A stretch of DNA of 60,919 nucleotides, from positions 1-60,919 of the forward strand of contig JBAXJR010000010.1 in assembly GCA_037137755.1 (NCBI GenBank), in the 5' to 3' direction. This DNA comes from Methanomicrobiales archaeon (lineage in GTDB: Archaea > Halobacteriota > Methanomicrobia > Methanomicrobiales > Methanospirillaceae). Of the stretch, positions 57,320 through 60,919 are shown piece after piece (position 1 is the stretch's first letter; each line of letters starts with the position of its first letter). Both the position numbers and the translations under genes were made by a program. Under the pieces are notes generated by a model. It did no database searches. It was not told where the DNA came from and was given only the letters and a program-made list of their open reading frames with translations.

Positions 57320-60064
57320 TCATGCTTCGTCACCGGTACCTCCGTCAATTGTGAAGAAAAATGTTGCGCCCCGGTCAATTTCTGCCTCTGCCCAGACATC
57401 CCCTCCATGACGGTGAATGATCCGCTGTACAATGGCGAGGCCGAGGCCTGTACCTTCATATTCTTTTGCCGGGTGAAGGCGCTGGAATACAACGAATAAC
57501 TTTGGACTGTACCGCATATCAAACCCGATACCGTTGTCCCGGACAACGTATACGTTGTGCCCGTCTTTTCTTAAGGAGCCGATTATTATCCGTGCTTCCG
57601 GGCATTTACGGGTAAATTTAAGGGCATTGGAGATAAGGTTGAGATAGACCAGTTTGAGCATTTCCGGATCTGCCCTGCAGGTGGGAAGGTCTTCGATAAC
57701 GATTTCAATCTCTCTTCCCGCCTGCTCATTGCGGAGTTCTTCAAATGCTTCGCGGGCAATGTCAGCGGGATGAACAATACTAGTATTAAGCGATTTCCGG
57801 CTCATATGCGAGAAATTGATCAGGTTATCAATGAGTCCTCTCATCTGCGATACATTTTCCCGGACCAGGCTAAGGTACCGTTTTCCCTCATCTGGTAGTC
57901 CTCTGGTATAGTCATCAAGGACGATGCGCGAAAATCCATCGATTGCACGAAGCGGGGCCCGGAGGTCATGGGACACCATGTAACTGAATGATTCCAACTC
58001 CTTGTTTATGGTCTCAAGCTGGGCGGTCCGGCTTGAGACCCGGGCTTCCAGGTCCTCATTGAGTTGCCGGAGCTCTTCTTCAACCTGTTTCCGGGCGGTA
58101 ATGTCCGTATGAATTCCAATCAGGCCGATGAGGTTCCCCGTATCATCCATGATCGCGTCTGCCCGCAATGCCACCGGGAACCGGCGGCCGTCTTTCGCAA
58201 CCATGGTAGTCTCCCCTTTCCAGGAGTAACCACCCATGATTGTTTCGAAAACCTCACGTCCGACACCCGTATCATCATACAAAATAACGGGGCCGCAGGG
58301 TGAATGTAATTCTTCAACATCGTATCCAAAGAGGCTGGTGAATGCATGGTTCTGGTACATATGATTTCCACAAGGGTCAGAGATACCAATTGCATCGCTG
58401 GCACTTTCCACGGCCTTAAGGATTCGGAATAGTTCATCCTCAGTGTGTTTCCGCCCGGTGATATCCTGTCCTGCGGCATAGAAACGGACAAGCCTCCCTT
58501 CATGTTCATCCCATTCAGGCTGAGTCCTGTGGTTTATCCAATGGACCTCACCGTTTTTGCTGATCACCCGGAATTCACTGGCATGACTCTTGTTTTCAGA
58601 TAATTTCCTGGGGTGCTCTTCCAGGATTTCAGTATCTTCCGGGTGGATGAATGAGCTCCATCCCCCTTCATTCTGGACTTCTTCTATTGTCGTCCCGAAA
58701 ATACTGCGAAAGGCACCGGTGGCCCATTCAAGCGTGATCGTTCCGGAGGGTTCGACCTTCATCGCATACGCATAATCAGATATCAGGTCGGAAATCATCT
58801 TGTACCGTTCTTCACTGACCCTGAGCTCTGATTCGACCTCCTTTTGTCTCCGGATAGTTCTTTCCAGGGTGGAGACCATCGAATTGATGCTTTTTTCAAG
58901 CTTCTGGAACTCTATTCCTGTCGAATGACGGATGGTATGGTCCAGGTCACCCTGTGCAATCCGGTCAACATCCTCCACGATCCCCCGAATTGGCCTGGTG
59001 AGGTATTCTGAAACCAGGAGCGCAGCACCGAGACCGACCATAAGGGCAATGAGGGCAATTAACAATCTCATGAGAAGGAGACGGGTTAACGCATCCTGGA
59101 TAAGCAGGTTATTATACGTTAATTCAACCACCAGGCTGGTATCAGACCCGTAATCAGGGTCTTTCAGGTCGATAAAAAGATATTTGACCGTGAAGCCGGT
59201 CGAAACATTGACATTTTTTATATCTTTACGATTCTGGAAGATCTTCTGAAATATAACTGCTTCTCCAGGGTCTGATATATCCGGGTAATTTCCTATCGGC
59301 TGTCCCTTTGAATTGAAAATCCTGATCTTTTCAATATAGGGGTTATGTGAAGCAATCCTGCTGATAATATCCTTATACTGAAGAGTGCCGCGTTCTTTTG
59401 TCAGTTCTTCCCCGGTTAGCCCCAGTTCAAGAATATAACGGTGGTCGGGAGTGGGCATATAGGCAAATTTTCGTAATTTTCCCGTTGCTGTTTCACGCAC
59501 TACCCGGTCAGGAAAGAAACCCCCGGAAAGCCTGATCCGGTTGAGATAATCAAAAAAGTAGGGCTCCGTCCTGAAATCCAGGCCGATTTCAGGTTTGTAT
59601 GTTGAAAACTGGATGACCCCTGACTCATTAATAATATAAAGGTCAATATTATCGCCCATCTCCTGTTGGATCCCTGCCAGGTCCATTTTTTGGGGGTCCA
59701 TCCCGGAACGGTTGTACTCCTCGATAAAGACCTGAAAATTTTCTTTCATCTGGCGGTTCAGGGTGTTATCATAGAGTTTAAAGCCTTCATCGACAAGTTG
59801 AAGGGCCTCAACGAGGTTCTCCTCTGTCTGGACCTGCAGAAGACCGGAATTTCGTTCGAAGGTGGCCTGTTCATTACTATAATCGATCGCGGTAATGCCA
59901 GCTACCACACCGATAATAAGGACAAGAACGACGAGGAGCAGGTACTGAGAGAATGGTCTCTTTTTAAGGAAATCGAGAATCCTGAATGACACCCTGACTG
60001 ACCCCCTGACACCCCGGACGGTGGCATAACCCCGGTTTATTCTAAATGGATCGTATGGCGGCAC
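57320..60064 (-). CDS. Membrane sensor histidine kinase (extracellular domain, HAMP, 2 PAS, HisKA, HATPase)
   Basis: Two TM helices, HAMP (TRPI..I...V.RIAQGDL), FSYMVSHDLRAPLR, NLISNALKF, DNGIGF and GTGLGL. The exact start is uncertain. Confidence 0.93.
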   Translation of the reverse strand: MPPYDPFRINRGYATVRGVRGSVRVSFRILDFLKKRPFSQYLLLVVLVLIIGVVAGITAIDYSNEQATFERNSGLLQVQTEENLVEALQLVDEGFKLYDNTLNRQMKENFQVFIEEYNRSGMDPQKMDLAGIQQEMGDNIDLYIINESGVIQFSTYKPEIGLDFRTEPYFFDYLNRIRLSGGFFPDRVVRETATGKLRKFAYMPTPDHRYILELGLTGEELTKERGTLQYKDIISRIASHNPYIEKIRIFNSKGQPIGNYPDISDPGEAVIFQKIFQNRKDIKNVNVSTGFTVKYLFIDLKDPDYGSDTSLVVELTYNNLLIQDALTRLLLMRLLIALIALMVGLGAALLVSEYLTRPIRGIVEDVDRIAQGDLDHTIRHSTGIEFQKLEKSINSMVSTLERTIRRQKEVESELRVSEERYKMISDLISDYAYAMKVEPSGTITLEWATGAFRSIFGTTIEEVQNEGGWSSFIHPEDTEILEEHPRKLSENKSHASEFRVISKNGEVHWINHRTQPEWDEHEGRLVRFYAAGQDITGRKHTEDELFRILKAVESASDAIGISDPCGNHMYQNHAFTSLFGYDVEELHSPCGPVILYDDTGVGREVFETIMGGYSWKGETTMVAKDGRRFPVALRADAIMDDTGNLIGLIGIHTDITARKQVEEELRQLNEDLEARVSSRTAQLETINKELESFSYMVSHDLRAPLRAIDGFSRIVLDDYTRGLPDEGKRYLSLVRENVSQMRGLIDNLINFSHMSRKSLNTSIVHPADIAREAFEELRNEQAGREIEIVIEDLPTCRADPEMLKLVYLNLISNALKFTRKCPEARIIIGSLRKDGHNVYVVRDNGIGFDMRYSPKLFVVFQRLHPAKEYEGTGLGLAIVQRIIHRHGGDVWAEAEIDRGATFFFTIDGGTGDEA

Positions 60065-60919
60065 CCTTGAAAATTTTTGTTATATCAATTTCCTTAAAAC
60101 ATCAAATCCGGCGGAAAATGAGGCATGGGAGGACCAGTATTTGCCTCTATTGCTTCCGGAAGATAACGGACAGGAAGCCTGTAATCATGAACGTCCTATA
60201 CCTACCAGTACCACCGGAACTCCCGGTAAACTGCCACCTGATGACCGGGGAACCGGATAGTTGGATTCCCGGTAGTTGAGCTTCCACCTGAATCAGAGGC
60301 CTCCCCACCCGCGCTACCCGGTGTTGACCCCCAGTTGGGTGTCGCTGGTACCCGGTACGCTAAACGCCGGACTGTCCCAACCAGAGTAAGGTTGACGGTA
60401 TCAAAAACACCCTACCCACGATGCACTCCTGCACATAGTGCAACCAGGAAAATACTCGCAATCATCCCTGTTATGATACCTGTACCAACACGGTGAAAAC
60501 TGGTACCTCATCCTCCTGCAGAAATCAACGTATTCTTCCAGCCACATTCACCTTTTGAAGCACGGAAAATCCATCCCCGGCATATAAACCACCGGTGAAT
60601 AAGCCCCAAATTTCAGGGAATAATAAGATAACAAAGATATGAGACGGGTAAGAGGATAGCGAAAAGCCGGAAAATTTGAGCGATCCCTAAAATAAACCAG
60701 TTTTCACTCATATTTTGTAATAAAACATGAGGGATACCAAGGAATTTATCAGACCCATGTCGTACATATGTCAGATAAAATACGATACCTTTTTAAGAAG
60801 AATAGAATATCACAATTAGGTGTACCGATCAACCGCCCCCGCAATAGGTTGCCTGCAATATCGCCTCTATTGATGCCACCTTGATCTTACGGCGATATTC
60901 AGGCAGGCGTCGCCTGCGG

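Noticed and set aside
60065-60919. Possible structured RNA (RNase P/SRP-like) or gene in the terminal 850 bp
   Set aside because: Several short inverted repeats, but no RNase P, SRP or tRNA consensus and no convincing ORF.
1-60919. CRISPR array, rRNA, tRNA, IS transposase
   Set aside because: No regularly spaced repeats, no T-loop/cloverleaf signatures and no DDE/HUH transposase ORFs were recognised.

Overview
Archaeal methanogen DNA. The gene set and sequence style suggest Methanomicrobiales, probably Methanoregulaceae-like (inference). The window has five zones. (1) 0.7-15.9 kb is a Mo/W-enzyme block: F420-dependent formate dehydrogenase fdhAB, fmdE-like, fdhD, mop/TOBE, modABC, a mobB-moaE-like fusion, fwdG-D-B-A-C and an atypical rubredoxin. 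(2) 16.4-23.1 kb is a redox/sulfur-relay cluster: a siroheme sulfite-reductase-like protein, TusA with CPYC, a triple DsrE/F/H-like fusion, a double-cubane-type reductase with its ATP-dependent activase, a C_GCAxxG_C_C protein and OsmC. Two moeA genes follow at 23.3-26.9 kb. (3) About 27.2-38.8 kb looks like an integrated, integrase-less mobile element or provirus remnant. It has an AEP-primase/Zn/P-loop/wHTH replication protein, an Hjc-like nuclease, two paralogous small proteins, Orc1/Cdc6, a membrane/secreted-protein operon, a remnant of a second related element, and cargo genes. (4) 38.9-45.6 kb resumes the Mo/W island: MOT1-type transporter, Mo-storage-protein homologue, wHTH protein, and tupBC without tupA. 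(5) 45.7-60 kb is housekeeping: MBL hydrolase, DNA ligase, NreA, DUF2117, GDP-mannose genes and two sensor kinases. No rRNA, tRNA, CRISPR array, transposase or integrase was recognised. All calls come from motif reading by eye, and no searches were run.
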